A stretch of 64,000 nucleotides of DNA from Methanothrix sp. (GTDB lineage: Archaea > Halobacteriota > Methanosarcinia > Methanotrichales > Methanotrichaceae): the NCBI GenBank assembly GCA_040770465.1, contig JAXGJB010000009.1:1-64000 (forward strand), in the 5' to 3' direction. Shown here in pieces: positions 28,415 through 38,172 of the stretch; position 1 is the stretch's first letter, and each line of letters starts with the position of its first letter. The position numbers were made by a program, and so were the translations under genes. The notes under the pieces were generated by a model. That model worked only from the letters and a program-made list of their open reading frames with translations, made no database searches and had not been told where the DNA came from.

Positions 28415-28704
28415 CCATCATGAGCCTGGAAGATCTTCGCGCAGACGTTCAAAAAGTGGACCAGGAGATAATACGACTGATAGACGAGCGGGTGAGGCTA
28501 GCAGAAGAGATCTTCGAGGCCAAACGGGATCTTGGCGTCGGAATCGAGGACAAAAACCAGGAGAAGCTGGTGATGAAGAGGGCCCTGGACAATGCCACGG
28601 AGCTCGGCCTCGACGCCGGCGCGATAAAGGAGGTCTTCGCGACCCTGATCAGGATGTGCCTGGAAAAGCAGCACGAGCTTCTGGGGGAGGACAACCTCCC
28701 CTAG
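28411..28704 (+). CDS. Chorismate mutase (AroQ class)
   Basis: LEDLRADVQKVDQEIIRLIDERV..A..I...K pattern; follows aroK. Confidence 0.85.
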   Translation: MTIMSLEDLRADVQKVDQEIIRLIDERVRLAEEIFEAKRDLGVGIEDKNQEKLVMKRALDNATELGLDAGAIKEVFATLIRMCLEKQHELLGEDNLP

Positions 28705-28776
28705 CCTGCTGAATAATTCATTCGCTTGATCGAACCAGGCGCTTCGATGGAACTCGCCTTTTGGAGATTGAAATCC

Positions 28777-29166
28777 ATGACCGAAATCGCCGTCATATCC
28801 GGGTCCAAATCGGACAAGCCCGTGGTGGACAAGGTCCTTCGGGTCCTCTCGGAGAAGGGGATCGACACCGAGGAGAGGGTTTTATCGGCCCACAGAAACC
28901 CCGATGAGCTGGATCGGTACATAAAGGAGACCGACGCTAAGATCTTCATAGCCGTGGCGGGCCTCTCCGCCGCCCTCCCCGGCTTCATCGCCTCTCGGAC
29001 CGACCGGCCCGTGATAGGGGTTCCCGTCAGCGCGAAGCTTGGGGGCTTGGACGCCCTCCTCGCCATCTCCCAGATGCCGCCCGGAGTCCCCGTCGCCTGC
29101 GTGGGGATCGACTCCGGGGAGAATGCGGCCCACCTGGCGTTGAGGATGCTGCTGGTGAATCGATAG
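28777..29166 (+). CDS. purE: N5-CAIR mutase / AIR carboxylase
   Basis: [26 protein letters not shown] and [11 protein letters not shown] motifs. Confidence 0.93.
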   Translation: MTEIAVISGSKSDKPVVDKVLRVLSEKGIDTEERVLSAHRNPDELDRYIKETDAKIFIAVAGLSAALPGFIASRTDRPVIGVPVSAKLGGLDALLAISQMPPGVPVACVGIDSGENAAHLALRMLLVNR

Positions 29167-29202
29167 CTTTTATACGGAAGAGCTGGTATCCAAAGGCGGG
29201 AT

Positions 29203-29646
29203 TTGATGTACAGGAAGATCCTGATCGCCACCGACGGCTCCGAGATCTCGATACGCTCCAGCAGGCACGGCGTAAAGCTCGCGAAGTCCCTCGGCTCCGA
29301 CGTCCTGGTCATCTACGTCATAAACGAGATGGCCGTCTCCAAGGCCATAGCCGCCCTCGTAGGCAGGGGTTTCTCCCAGGAGGATCTGAGAGCGGCCCTC
29401 AAGGGCTCCGCCGAGAAGATCGTGGCGGAGGTATGCAAGATGGGCGAGGCCTCGGGGGTCCGGGTTGAACCTCTCATCAGGGAGGGGGACCCGGCGTCCA
29501 GGATCCTCGACGCGGCCGGGATCGAGGAGGTCGACCTGATCGTCATGGGCAGCCATGGCGAAGGAGGGATCACCTCGAAGCTGATCGGGAGCGTGGCGCA
29601 GAAGGTCCTGAACTGGTCCGATACGCCGGTGATGATAGTGAGGTGA
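29203..29646 (+). CDS. Universal stress protein
   Basis: KILIATDGS and DLIVMGSHG...LIGSVAQKV motifs. Confidence 0.92.
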   Translation: MMYRKILIATDGSEISIRSSRHGVKLAKSLGSDVLVIYVINEMAVSKAIAALVGRGFSQEDLRAALKGSAEKIVAEVCKMGEASGVRVEPLIREGDPASRILDAAGIEEVDLIVMGSHGEGGITSKLIGSVAQKVLNWSDTPVMIVR

Positions 29647-29788
29647 CGAGGCGCCTCTGAGCCCTATATATGCCATATATAAGGCTTCTTGATGTCGGTA
29701 TCGGAAAGATACCTATTTATATCAAAGGCGTAATGGATAAACTCAAAAGGTGCAGAAGGTTGTAGGGAGATTTGAGAGGTGTGATAAA

Positions 29789-30220
29789 ATGTACGATCGG
29801 ATTTTAGTTGCTACAGACGGCTCCGCAAAGTCTAAGGTCGCGGTACAGCACGGCGTGGACCTGGCCAAGGCGACCGGCGCGAAGGTGCTCGGAGTTTACG
29901 TTGTGAACGAGGTCGTCGTGGCCAGCGCCGTGAGGCAGCTGGGCGCCGACAAGAAAGAGATCGAAGCCAAGCTCCAGGCCGGCGGCGAGAAGGCCGTCGC
30001 CGAGATCAAGAAGATGGCCGATGACGCTGGCGTCGCCGTCGAGACGATGGTCAAGTCCGGGGCACCCGCCAACATGATCGTCGACCTCGCCAGGACTGAA
30101 GGAGTCGATCTGATCGTCATGGGGAGCCACGGTGAGAGCGGCGTAACGAAGCTCCTCATCGGAAGCGTCGTCCAGAAGGTTCTGTATTGGGCTACCTGCC
30201 CCGTCCTCGTAGTGAGATGA
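29789..30220 (+). CDS. Universal stress protein
   Basis: RILVATDGS and DLIVMGSHG...LIGSVVQKV...PVLVVR motifs. Confidence 0.92.
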   Translation: MYDRILVATDGSAKSKVAVQHGVDLAKATGAKVLGVYVVNEVVVASAVRQLGADKKEIEAKLQAGGEKAVAEIKKMADDAGVAVETMVKSGAPANMIVDLARTEGVDLIVMGSHGESGVTKLLIGSVVQKVLYWATCPVLVVR

Positions 30221-30226
30221 TTTAAG

Positions 30227-30337
30227 ATGGCAGTCGAGATGATTTCCTCAGGGATCGCATATCCCGCCTTTGCGGTGACTTTCATCGTCGGCACGCTCCT
30301 CGCCTACACGGTAATCAGCCTGATAGGCGGCAGCTAA
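30227..30337 (+). CDS. 36-aa single-TM small protein (not in the ORF track)
   Basis: MAVEMISSGIAYPAFAVTFIVGTLLAYTVISLIGGS*, starting 6 nt after the USP stop and before the terminator; host-like codons. Confidence 0.6.
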   Translation: MAVEMISSGIAYPAFAVTFIVGTLLAYTVISLIGGS

Positions 30338-30348
30338 TTCGACAGATC

Positions 30349-30389
30349 AACGTCCTCCCCGGAGGGAGGACGTTTTCGTCTCTCTTTTT
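30349..30389 (+). terminator. Hairpin terminator
   Basis: AACGTCCTCCC-CGGA-GGGAGGACGTT 11-bp stem followed by a T-rich tract. Confidence 0.7.
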
Positions 30390-30476
30390 GATCGTGGCTC
30401 GTTTCGAGACGCTTCGGATATCTTGAAAAATAGCGGTCGGCAGACCGAAAGGTCTAGGCCGACTTCTGCTTCCCGA

Positions 30477-31535
30477 TCACTCAGCTTTGAAGTATTCCGG
30501 AGCCGTCTCCAGGGCTCGGGCGATCAGCTCGGCGCAGGCCTCGAGGTCTTTCGTGCTCAGAACCTCGACTGGAGAGTGGATGTACCTGGTGGCGACGCTG
30601 ATGAGCCCCGTGTGAATTCCCTCCCTCGTCAGCTGGATGGCGGTGGCGTCGGTGGTCCCGCCGCCGGAGACGTCCATCTGGACGGCGATGTCGAACTTCG
30701 CGGCGGTCTCGGCGAGCCAATTCACTACCTTCTCCGATGCGATGAGACCCCGGCCCGAGGCGTCGGCGATGGTGATCACAGGCCCCTTCCCGATCTCTAG
30801 ATTCGAGTCCTTCTTCTCGATCCCCGGATGGTCGCCGGGGATGGTGACGTCGGTTGCGAGGGCGACGTCGGGCCGGAGGTCGAAGGCGCTCGTCCTCGCC
30901 CCCTTCAGCCCCACCTCCTCCTGGACCGTCCCCACGGCGTAGATCGTGGATTTCGCCTTCGTCCGCTTCAGGGCCTCGATCATGATGGCGACCCCGGCCC
31001 GGTTGTCGAAGGCTTTGCCCGTCACTCTGTCCCCCGCAAGCTTTGCGAAGCTCCGATCGATGCTCATGGGGGTTCCGGGCTTGATCCCCAGAGCCTTAGC
31101 CTCGTCCTGGTCCGCGCATCCGGCGTCCACGAACATGTCCTTGATCTCGACCGGTTTCTTCCGGTCGTCGGGCTTCATGACGTGAGGGGGCTTTGATCCG
31201 ACGACGCCGCAGATCGGCCCCGAATCGGAGTGGATGACCACCCTCTGGTTCAATAGGGTCTGATCAAACCAGCCCCCGATGGTGACAAAGCGTATGAACC
31301 CATTCTCGTCGACGTACTTGGTCATGAGGCCGATCTCATCGATGTGGGCTGCGATCATCACCGATGGTCGGTCGCCTTTCTTGGTGGCGACGAGGTTTCC
31401 TAGTTTGTCGACTCTCATCTCATCGACGAGAGGGCCGATCTCCTCGCGGAGTATCTCCTGGATCGACCCCTCTCGGCCGGATATCCCGTGGGCGTTGCTC
31501 AGCCGTTCAAGAAGCCTTTGAATCTCGCTCATCAT
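30477..31535 (-). CDS. M42 family (TET/FrvX-like) aminopeptidase
   Basis: AAHIDEIG, GKAFDNRAG, VQEEVGLKGA, GGTTDA and RYIHSPVE motifs. Confidence 0.92.
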   Translation of the reverse strand: MMSEIQRLLERLSNAHGISGREGSIQEILREEIGPLVDEMRVDKLGNLVATKKGDRPSVMIAAHIDEIGLMTKYVDENGFIRFVTIGGWFDQTLLNQRVVIHSDSGPICGVVGSKPPHVMKPDDRKKPVEIKDMFVDAGCADQDEAKALGIKPGTPMSIDRSFAKLAGDRVTGKAFDNRAGVAIMIEALKRTKAKSTIYAVGTVQEEVGLKGARTSAFDLRPDVALATDVTIPGDHPGIEKKDSNLEIGKGPVITIADASGRGLIASEKVVNWLAETAAKFDIAVQMDVSGGGTTDATAIQLTREGIHTGLISVATRYIHSPVEVLSTKDLEACAELIARALETAPEYFKAE

Positions 31536-31580
31536 TGATCATCTCGTTTTTATAAATGTAAATTAAATTCAAGTTGAAGT

Positions 31581-33116
31581 TCAGGCGGACCTCATCCTCG
31601 CCCCCGAGTTCCGGGACCGGGTGACGACTACCTCTCCCCCCACGTCCCTCATCGCCTCCATCGCCGCCGACTCGATATCCCTCGTCCCGGAGTCGGCGAC
31701 GGCGTAGACCGTGGGGCCGAAGGAGCTGAGGCCGGCACCGGCGGCTCCTGCCGCCCTCATCTCCTCCATGAGGCTTCGCACGAGCGGGTGCTGGAGCCCC
31801 ACCTCCACCTTCTTGAACCCCAGCTCCTGGACTCTGTTTATGGCTGCACCAAAGCCGTCCAGGTCCCCCGCCATCACCGAGGGCATCATCCCCACCATTA
31901 TCAGCCGGCAAAGCTCCGCCACCTCGCCCTTCGGCACTGGACAGAAGGTGCCGAAGACGTCCACCTCCTTCCTGCCGTGAGCGCCTTTCGGCAGATTCGG
32001 CATCGCCAGGACGAAACTCCAGTCCCTCGGAATTTCGGTCCTCATGATCACCGGCGGAGGGGCGACCCCCAATGATGCGGAGGAGGGGCGGAAGTCCGTC
32101 TTCTCCTTTCCCGGTCCGAAGGAGTGGCCGCCGTCGACGATGAACCCGCCTCCCTCGAAGGCGGCGACCCCGATGCCGCTCGTCCCGCCCCTGCCGACGG
32201 CGGCGGCGATCTCTCGGGCCGATGCGGGCCGGCCGTACAGCTCGCAAAGCGCCTTCCCTACAGCCATCGCCAGCTGGGTTCCTCCGCCGAGGCCGACGTG
32301 CTGCTTGTAGCTGGACCACACAGTGATCTTTGCGCCCCCGAGGTCGAACCGGTCGATCGCGGCCTGTGCTGCGGCCCTCGCCCGGTCGGCGTTCTCGCCT
32401 CGGATGGTGAGTTCCTCCTCCCTCTCCGCCTCCACCACGATGGAGGGCTCGTCCAGGGCCACCCCCACGCCGCCGTCGACGCGCCCCAGGTCACCGGCTA
32501 GGTCGGTGAGGGTCATGTGAATCCGAGAGGGGGTCTGGACGATCACCCTCCTTCTGTCCTGAAAGTTGTTGTAGGGGAAGGTCTCGGTGATGGCCATAAG
32601 AGGCGTGCCGTGCCTGATGATCTTGTAGTCCCGGGAGAGCATCGGCTCTTTGGAGAAGAGGTTGAAGACGCCTTTCATCTCCCCCGCCTCTTTTATGGCT
32701 CTGACCCTCAGAAGGTCGCGCCTCGACTCGATCTGGTGCTTCTTGAGGATCGTTCCGATGGGGACATCCGCCCGCATCAGGTCGCTTCGAAACCGGTCCT
32801 CGAGCCGTTTCAGAGGGGTGAAGGATGCGGCGTGGATCAGGGTCTCTCCCGATACGGAGTTTTTGAGCTTGACGACCCTGTAGTTCACCTCGTCACCGGG
32901 CGCGATCTCCAGCTCGCGAGCCGTCTTTTCGTCTGCCGCCACCACCTTCTGGACGAGGGTCTCGATCTCGACGGGGCTTCCGGTGACGACCTCCAAGAGG
33001 GTCGTCACGGAGCCGTCGGTCCCCAGGAGCATCTTCTGGACGGGGCTGAGCCTGCCCACCGCCTCCTCGAGACTTCCGATCTCCTCTTCGATCTTGCGGG
33101 GCGACGATCTTTGCAC
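31581..33116 (-). CDS. Beta-RFAP synthase fused to an N-terminal chorismate pyruvate-lyase-like (DUF98) domain
   Basis: N-part LLGTDGSVTTLLE...ADVPIG...ITETFP; C-part TPSRIH, HVGLGGGTQ, GRGGTSGIG..AF..GGFIVDGGH and LSSFGPT. Confidence 0.85.
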   Translation of the reverse strand: MQRSSPRKIEEEIGSLEEAVGRLSPVQKMLLGTDGSVTTLLEVVTGSPVEIETLVQKVVAADEKTARELEIAPGDEVNYRVVKLKNSVSGETLIHAASFTPLKRLEDRFRSDLMRADVPIGTILKKHQIESRRDLLRVRAIKEAGEMKGVFNLFSKEPMLSRDYKIIRHGTPLMAITETFPYNNFQDRRRVIVQTPSRIHMTLTDLAGDLGRVDGGVGVALDEPSIVVEAEREEELTIRGENADRARAAAQAAIDRFDLGGAKITVWSSYKQHVGLGGGTQLAMAVGKALCELYGRPASAREIAAAVGRGGTSGIGVAAFEGGGFIVDGGHSFGPGKEKTDFRPSSASLGVAPPPVIMRTEIPRDWSFVLAMPNLPKGAHGRKEVDVFGTFCPVPKGEVAELCRLIMVGMMPSVMAGDLDGFGAAINRVQELGFKKVEVGLQHPLVRSLMEEMRAAGAAGAGLSSFGPTVYAVADSGTRDIESAAMEAMRDVGGEVVVTRSRNSGARMRSA

Positions 33117-33204
33117 AAGAAAAAAGAAGTGCCGGCTTGCATAAAGTTTTTCCCCTCTGATGACGAGCCTTCTCCTCTATCCGGGCTTTGTGGAGGTTGC
33201 TATA

Positions 33205-34461
33205 TTGAATACGTCGAGAATTACGGGGTTTTATAAGCTTCCAGCCGCCGATCGGCTGAGGATCGTGGCGGAGAATGTGGGATTGGGGGACGAGGATGTC
33301 GAGGCGATCGGCGGGTCGGGCTTATCCCTCGGCCAGGCCGACAAGATGGTCGAGAACGTCGTCGGCCTCTTTGCGATCCCCCTGGGGATCGCCACCAACT
33401 TCGTCATCGACGGGCGGGAGGTTCTCATACCCATGGCGACGGAGGAGCCCTCGGTGATCGCCGCCGCCAGCAACGGGGCGAGGATGGCCATCGCCGGCGG
33501 AGGCTTTGTCACCAGCAGCACAAGGCCCGTGATGAGAGCCCTCATCCAGGTGACGGGGACAGACGACCCCAACGGAGCGAGGCTCGCCATCCTGGCACGA
33601 ACCGATGAAATAGCGGCTCGGGCGAACGAGAAGGACCCGATGCTGGTCAGATACGGCGGAGGCGTCGTCGGCGTCGAGGCTAACGTGGTCAACACCAGGA
33701 AAGGGCCGATGGTTGTTGTTCACCTCCTCGTCGACTGCAGGGACGCCATGGGCGCCAACGCCGTCAACACCATGGCCGAGGCCCTCGCCCCCTTCATCGA
33801 GGAGATCACCGGCGGCAAGGTATACCTGAGGATCATATCGAACCTCGCCGACCTGAGGCTCGCCCGGGCAAGGGCCCTCTTCAAGGCCGACGAGATCGGG
33901 GGGGCCGAGGTCGTCGACGCCATAGTCCTCACCAGCGCCCTCGCCGAGAGCGACCCCTATCGGGCGGCAACCCACAACAAGGGGATAATGAACGGGGTGA
34001 CGGCCGTGACCATGGCCAGCGGAAACGATACTCGGGCCATCGAGGCCGGAGCCCACTCTTACGCCGCCCGAGGCGGAACCTATCGATCCCTCTCGGTCTA
34101 CGAGAAGAACAGGGACGGCGACCTCGTTGGCACCATCGAGCTTCCCGTCGCCGTCGGGACCGTCGGAGGCGCGACCCGGGTCCATCCCGTCGCTCGGGCC
34201 AACATGAAGATCCTGGGGCTGAAGTCCGCCGACGACCTCGGAAGGATCCTGGCATCGGTGGGCCTCGCCCAGAACTTCGCAGCCCTCCGGGCTCTCGCCA
34301 CCGAGGGGATCCAGAGGGGTCACATGTCGCTACACGCTCGGAACGTCGCCGTCGAGGCGGGGGCAAAAGGCGACGAGATCGAGGCGGTGGCGGCGAAGAT
34401 GGCGGCCGAGAAGATGATCAACGCGGATCGGGCAAAAGAGCTGCTTCGTGAGATGAGATGA
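33205..34461 (+). CDS. mvaA: Class II HMG-CoA reductase
   Basis: ENVVG, PMATEEPSVIAAAS, DAMGANAVNT, THNKGIMNG and EGIQRGHMSLHARN motifs. Confidence 0.92.
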   Translation: MNTSRITGFYKLPAADRLRIVAENVGLGDEDVEAIGGSGLSLGQADKMVENVVGLFAIPLGIATNFVIDGREVLIPMATEEPSVIAAASNGARMAIAGGGFVTSSTRPVMRALIQVTGTDDPNGARLAILARTDEIAARANEKDPMLVRYGGGVVGVEANVVNTRKGPMVVVHLLVDCRDAMGANAVNTMAEALAPFIEEITGGKVYLRIISNLADLRLARARALFKADEIGGAEVVDAIVLTSALAESDPYRAATHNKGIMNGVTAVTMASGNDTRAIEAGAHSYAARGGTYRSLSVYEKNRDGDLVGTIELPVAVGTVGGATRVHPVARANMKILGLKSADDLGRILASVGLAQNFAALRALATEGIQRGHMSLHARNVAVEAGAKGDEIEAVAAKMAAEKMINADRAKELLREMR

Positions 34462-35291
34462 GCCTTTTGATCGGGGTTTTGGGGCCGGAAGGAACCTTTT
34501 CGGAGAAGGCGGCGAAACGGTTCGACCCACAAGCAAGCCTCCGCTACTTCCGGGACTTCGAGGAGGTGATCGCCGCCGTCGAGGGAGGCGAGGTGGACCG
34601 GGGGGTCGTCCCCCTGGAAAACAGCCTGGAGGGGTCGGTGGGGATGACCCTCGACTCCCTCCTCCGCCGCGACGTCAAGATCGTCGGCGAGATCAACCTC
34701 GCGGTGAGACACTGCCTTCTGGGGATGGGGCGGGCTGAGGAGGTGAAGGTGATCCTATCTCACCCCCAGGCTCTCGCCCAGTGCAGAAGCTACATCAAAC
34801 GTAACTTCCCCGAGGCCGAGCTCAGGACCACCGGCTCCACCAGCCACGCCGCCCGCCTCGCCGGCGAGTTCTCTGAGATGGCGGCGATCGCCGACGCCGA
34901 GACCGCAGAACGGTACGGCCTTTCGGTGATCGGGCGGAACGTCCAGGACTCAGACCAGAACGTCACCCGGTTTGCGGTGGTGGGCCGGGAGGCAGCGGGG
35001 CCGAGCGGAAGAGACAAAACGTCCCTGGCGGTATACCTGGAGCGGGCCGAGCCCGGCGCCCTCTGGGAGGTTCTGGGAGAGTTTGCCAAGAGGAAGATCA
35101 ACCTCACCAAGATCGAGTCGCGGCCCAGCAAGCGGGGACTTGGAGACTACTACTTCTTCATCGATCTTGAGGGGCACGTCTCCGACCCCCTCGTCGAGGA
35201 GGCCCTGGCTCGTATAAGGGAGAGGGCGGCCATGACCAAGGTTCTGGGGTCCTACCCCCGGACGGACCTGAGCGATAACTCGGAGAGATGA
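34458..35291 (+). CDS. pheA: Prephenate dehydratase
   Basis: LGPEGTFSE, PLENSLEGSV, SHPQALAQC, NVTRF and INLTKIESRP motifs. Confidence 0.95.
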   Translation: MSLLIGVLGPEGTFSEKAAKRFDPQASLRYFRDFEEVIAAVEGGEVDRGVVPLENSLEGSVGMTLDSLLRRDVKIVGEINLAVRHCLLGMGRAEEVKVILSHPQALAQCRSYIKRNFPEAELRTTGSTSHAARLAGEFSEMAAIADAETAERYGLSVIGRNVQDSDQNVTRFAVVGREAAGPSGRDKTSLAVYLERAEPGALWEVLGEFAKRKINLTKIESRPSKRGLGDYYFFIDLEGHVSDPLVEEALARIRERAAMTKVLGSYPRTDLSDNSER

Positions 35292-35297
35292 GGTGAG

Positions 35298-35807
35298 ATG
35301 GAGCAGGAGAGGCTGGGGGATGAGATGCCGAAGGATGGGAAAGGGCGAAAGAGAGAAGAGAGGAAAACCCAACGTGCGAAATCTCAAAATATCGCAGCAT
35401 CCCTGAAGAAGACCGCCGCAAGCTTCGCCCGCGTCTTTCCGGTCCTCATCGGGGTGATGCTCCTCATCTCTCTTATTCTGGTCCTCGTCCCGTCGTCCCT
35501 CTATGGGAAGGTCTTTTCCGGGAACGAGATCTTCGATCCCCTGATCGGAGCCGCTATAGGGAGCATCGCCGCCGGAAACCCCATAACCAGCTACATCGTC
35601 GGCGGAGAGCTGATAGACCAGGGCGTGAGCCTTCTGGCGGTGACGGCCTTCATAGCCGCCTGGGTGACCGTCGGCGTGCTGCAGCTGCCCGCCGAGGCGA
35701 CAATATTGGGAAAGAGGTTCGCCCTGATCAGAAACGGAGCCGCCTTCCTATCGGCGGTGCTGGTGGCCATCCTCACCTCCGTCACCCTGGGGCTGATCTG
35801 GCCTTGA
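35298..35807 (+). CDS. Permease half-protein (DUF318/ArsP-like)
   Basis: About 4 TM helices; GSIAAGNPITSY..GGEL...GVS pattern. Confidence 0.75.
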   Translation: MEQERLGDEMPKDGKGRKREERKTQRAKSQNIAASLKKTAASFARVFPVLIGVMLLISLILVLVPSSLYGKVFSGNEIFDPLIGAAIGSIAAGNPITSYIVGGELIDQGVSLLAVTAFIAAWVTVGVLQLPAEATILGKRFALIRNGAAFLSAVLVAILTSVTLGLIWP

Positions 35808-36307
35808 CAATCAGAACCCCATCAGCAAAGCACTTTCTTATTCTTTTGGCAGCCCTCTACATCGGGGTTGCCGCCGCCGATTTCGACCTCTTTTTGAGGG
35901 CGGTCTCGGTCTTCGCCAGCCTCCTATCAAGCGTCCTTCCGATCCTGGCCCTCGTCCTCGTGATCATGTCCCTTCTGAACCTGGCGATCCAGCCCGGAAT
36001 GGCGAAGAGGATGCTCGGAGAAGGGTCGGGGCTGAAGGGGTGGACCTTCGCCCTGGTGGGGGGCGTCCTCTCTTCAGGCCCCATATACGTCTGGTACCCT
36101 CTCATCGCAGATCTCAGAGAAGGGGGGATGAGAGCCTCCCTCGTTGCGGCCTTTCTATACGCCCGGGCGATCAAGGTGCCGATGATCCCCCTTCTCATCT
36201 ACTACTTCGGCTGGAACTTCACCCTCATCTTCACCCTCTACCTGTTGATCTTCTCTGTCCTGAACGGGCTTATTGTCGAGAGGCTGACGGAAAGTGGAGA
36301 CGGATGA
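35804..36307 (+). CDS. Permease half-protein (DUF318/ArsP-like), partner of the previous gene
   Basis: LGEGSGLKG...GVLSSGPIYVWYPL..L...G pattern; overlapping start/stop. Confidence 0.75.
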   Translation: MTIRTPSAKHFLILLAALYIGVAAADFDLFLRAVSVFASLLSSVLPILALVLVIMSLLNLAIQPGMAKRMLGEGSGLKGWTFALVGGVLSSGPIYVWYPLIADLREGGMRASLVAAFLYARAIKVPMIPLLIYYFGWNFTLIFTLYLLIFSVLNGLIVERLTESGDG

Positions 36308-36554
36308 GAAGGGGGCTTGCGGTGGAGCGGGAGATCCTCTCGACGGTTCAGGTCCTCATTCGACCCGAAGATCTCCGAGCTGAAACCGCCAGCCTTAAAG
36401 GCAGAAAAAAAGGCAGAAAAAAGCGACCACCGCGCCCTCTGAAAGGATGAATTACGACTTCGGGGATGGCCTATAGGTTTATCTAATAGAAATGTAGCAT
36501 ACTCGGTAGCACGTCAAGCTTTACTACTTCAGGTGAATTTGGGAGGCGACGAGA

Positions 36555-37709
36555 TTGGGAAAGATAAAATTAGCAATTGCCGGTTTGGGCAATTGCGCCA
36601 GCTCTCTCATCCAAGGAATTGAATACTACAAAAATTCAGATGATGATAATTGGATAGGGCTGATGCATCAGACCGTTGGCGGCTACAGGCCGGGAGACAT
36701 AGAGGTGGTAGCAGCCTTCGACATAGACGAGAGGAAGGTGGGAAAGGACGTCAGCGAGGCGATCTTCTCCCCGCCAAACTGCACAAAGACATTCTATTCC
36801 GAAGTCCCCTTCATGGGCGTGAAGGTGAAAAAGGGGCCGGTCCTGGACGGAGTTGCCCCTCACATGCACACATACGACGACGAAAAGACCTTCATCGTCT
36901 CGGACCTGGAGCCCTGCGACGTCGTCAGGGAGCTGGAGGAGAGCGGCGCCGAGGTCCTGATAAACTACATGCCCGTCGGCTCCGAGGAGGCCAGCCGTTT
37001 CTACGCAAAGGCCGCCCTGGACGCCGGCGTAGGCTACGTGAACTGCATGCCGGTCTTCATAGCCTCCGATCCGGCGTGGGCGAAGAAGTTCAAAGATGCG
37101 AACGTCCCCATAGTCGGAGATGACGTCAAAAGCCAGATCGGAGCCACCATCGTCCACAGAACCCTCGCCAAGCTCTTCAACGACCGGGGATGCAAGCTCG
37201 ATCGGACCTACCAGCTGAACACTGGCGGCAACACCGACTTTTTGAACATGCTCAGCCAGGACCGTCTCAAGTCCAAGAGGATCTCCAAGACCGAGGCGGT
37301 CCAGTCGGTCCTGGACGTCCCCCTCATGGCCGACGACATCCACATCGGCCCCTCCGACTACGTCCCGTGGCAGAAGGACAACAAGATCTGTTTTCTGAGG
37401 ATGGAGGGGAGGATATTCGGCGACGTCCCCATAAATCTTGAGCTGAGGCTCTCGGTGGAGGACTCCCCCAACAGCGGCGGGTCCACCATAGACGCCATCA
37501 GGGTCTGTAAACTGGCCATCGACAGGAATATCGGAGGCCCCCTGATCGAGATATCCGCCTACACCATGAAACATCCTCCGATCCAGTATCCCGATTTCGT
37601 GGCCCGAGACCTGGTGGAGAAGTTCCTGAAGGGCGAGGTCTACGACGCCTCCCCCGACGCCCACCTGAGCCCGAAGATGGCCACCGCGATCCAGGACAAG
37701 GGCGAGTGA
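36555..37709 (+). CDS. ino1: Myo-inositol-1-phosphate synthase
   Basis: GLGNCASSL, NYMPVGS, GDDVKSQIGAT, QLNTGGNTDF and EDSPNSGG motifs. Confidence 0.95.
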   Translation: MGKIKLAIAGLGNCASSLIQGIEYYKNSDDDNWIGLMHQTVGGYRPGDIEVVAAFDIDERKVGKDVSEAIFSPPNCTKTFYSEVPFMGVKVKKGPVLDGVAPHMHTYDDEKTFIVSDLEPCDVVRELEESGAEVLINYMPVGSEEASRFYAKAALDAGVGYVNCMPVFIASDPAWAKKFKDANVPIVGDDVKSQIGATIVHRTLAKLFNDRGCKLDRTYQLNTGGNTDFLNMLSQDRLKSKRISKTEAVQSVLDVPLMADDIHIGPSDYVPWQKDNKICFLRMEGRIFGDVPINLELRLSVEDSPNSGGSTIDAIRVCKLAIDRNIGGPLIEISAYTMKHPPIQYPDFVARDLVEKFLKGEVYDASPDAHLSPKMATAIQDKGE

Positions 37710-38172
37710 GAAGAGAGGGTCGGAGAAGAAGAGGGGCGGAAAAGTCCTGCAACCTTCCCACGTCGCTTTCCATCTCGCCCCTCCCTGTCGCCATCCCCAA
37801 AGGCGACCTTTCATCGAGGCCGGAGGTCGCGGCTCCGATATCGCCCGAGAAAGGAGCCGCAAACGTCTCTTCCCTCTTGGAGTGTGGCGCGTACGGGCGG
37901 GACGGTCAATCGCCCTGCCCGATGGGCGGTCTTTAGACATTTTCCAACATACAATCCAGAATCTAAAAATTTTGTTCACCGGTTATTAGCTTGATGGAGG
38001 GAAAACGAAAAGTAGATTGAAAAACAGACCGGAGATCTTGACAAGTCATTGGGAGCGGTGGGGTTTAGGCGCCTTCGATGATTGTGGAGTAATCTAGATT
38101 GGAAAAGTCGGAGAGATGCGTAAGAGGCTGCAGGGGCGATTCCGAGATGGCATATCAATCCTTGAGGTTTTC

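Noticed and set aside
36636-37979. Long antisense ORFs (here and opposite mvaA, cdc48, lonB and the TPR genes)
   Set aside because: Expected shadows of GC3-rich coding strands, with no independent motifs.
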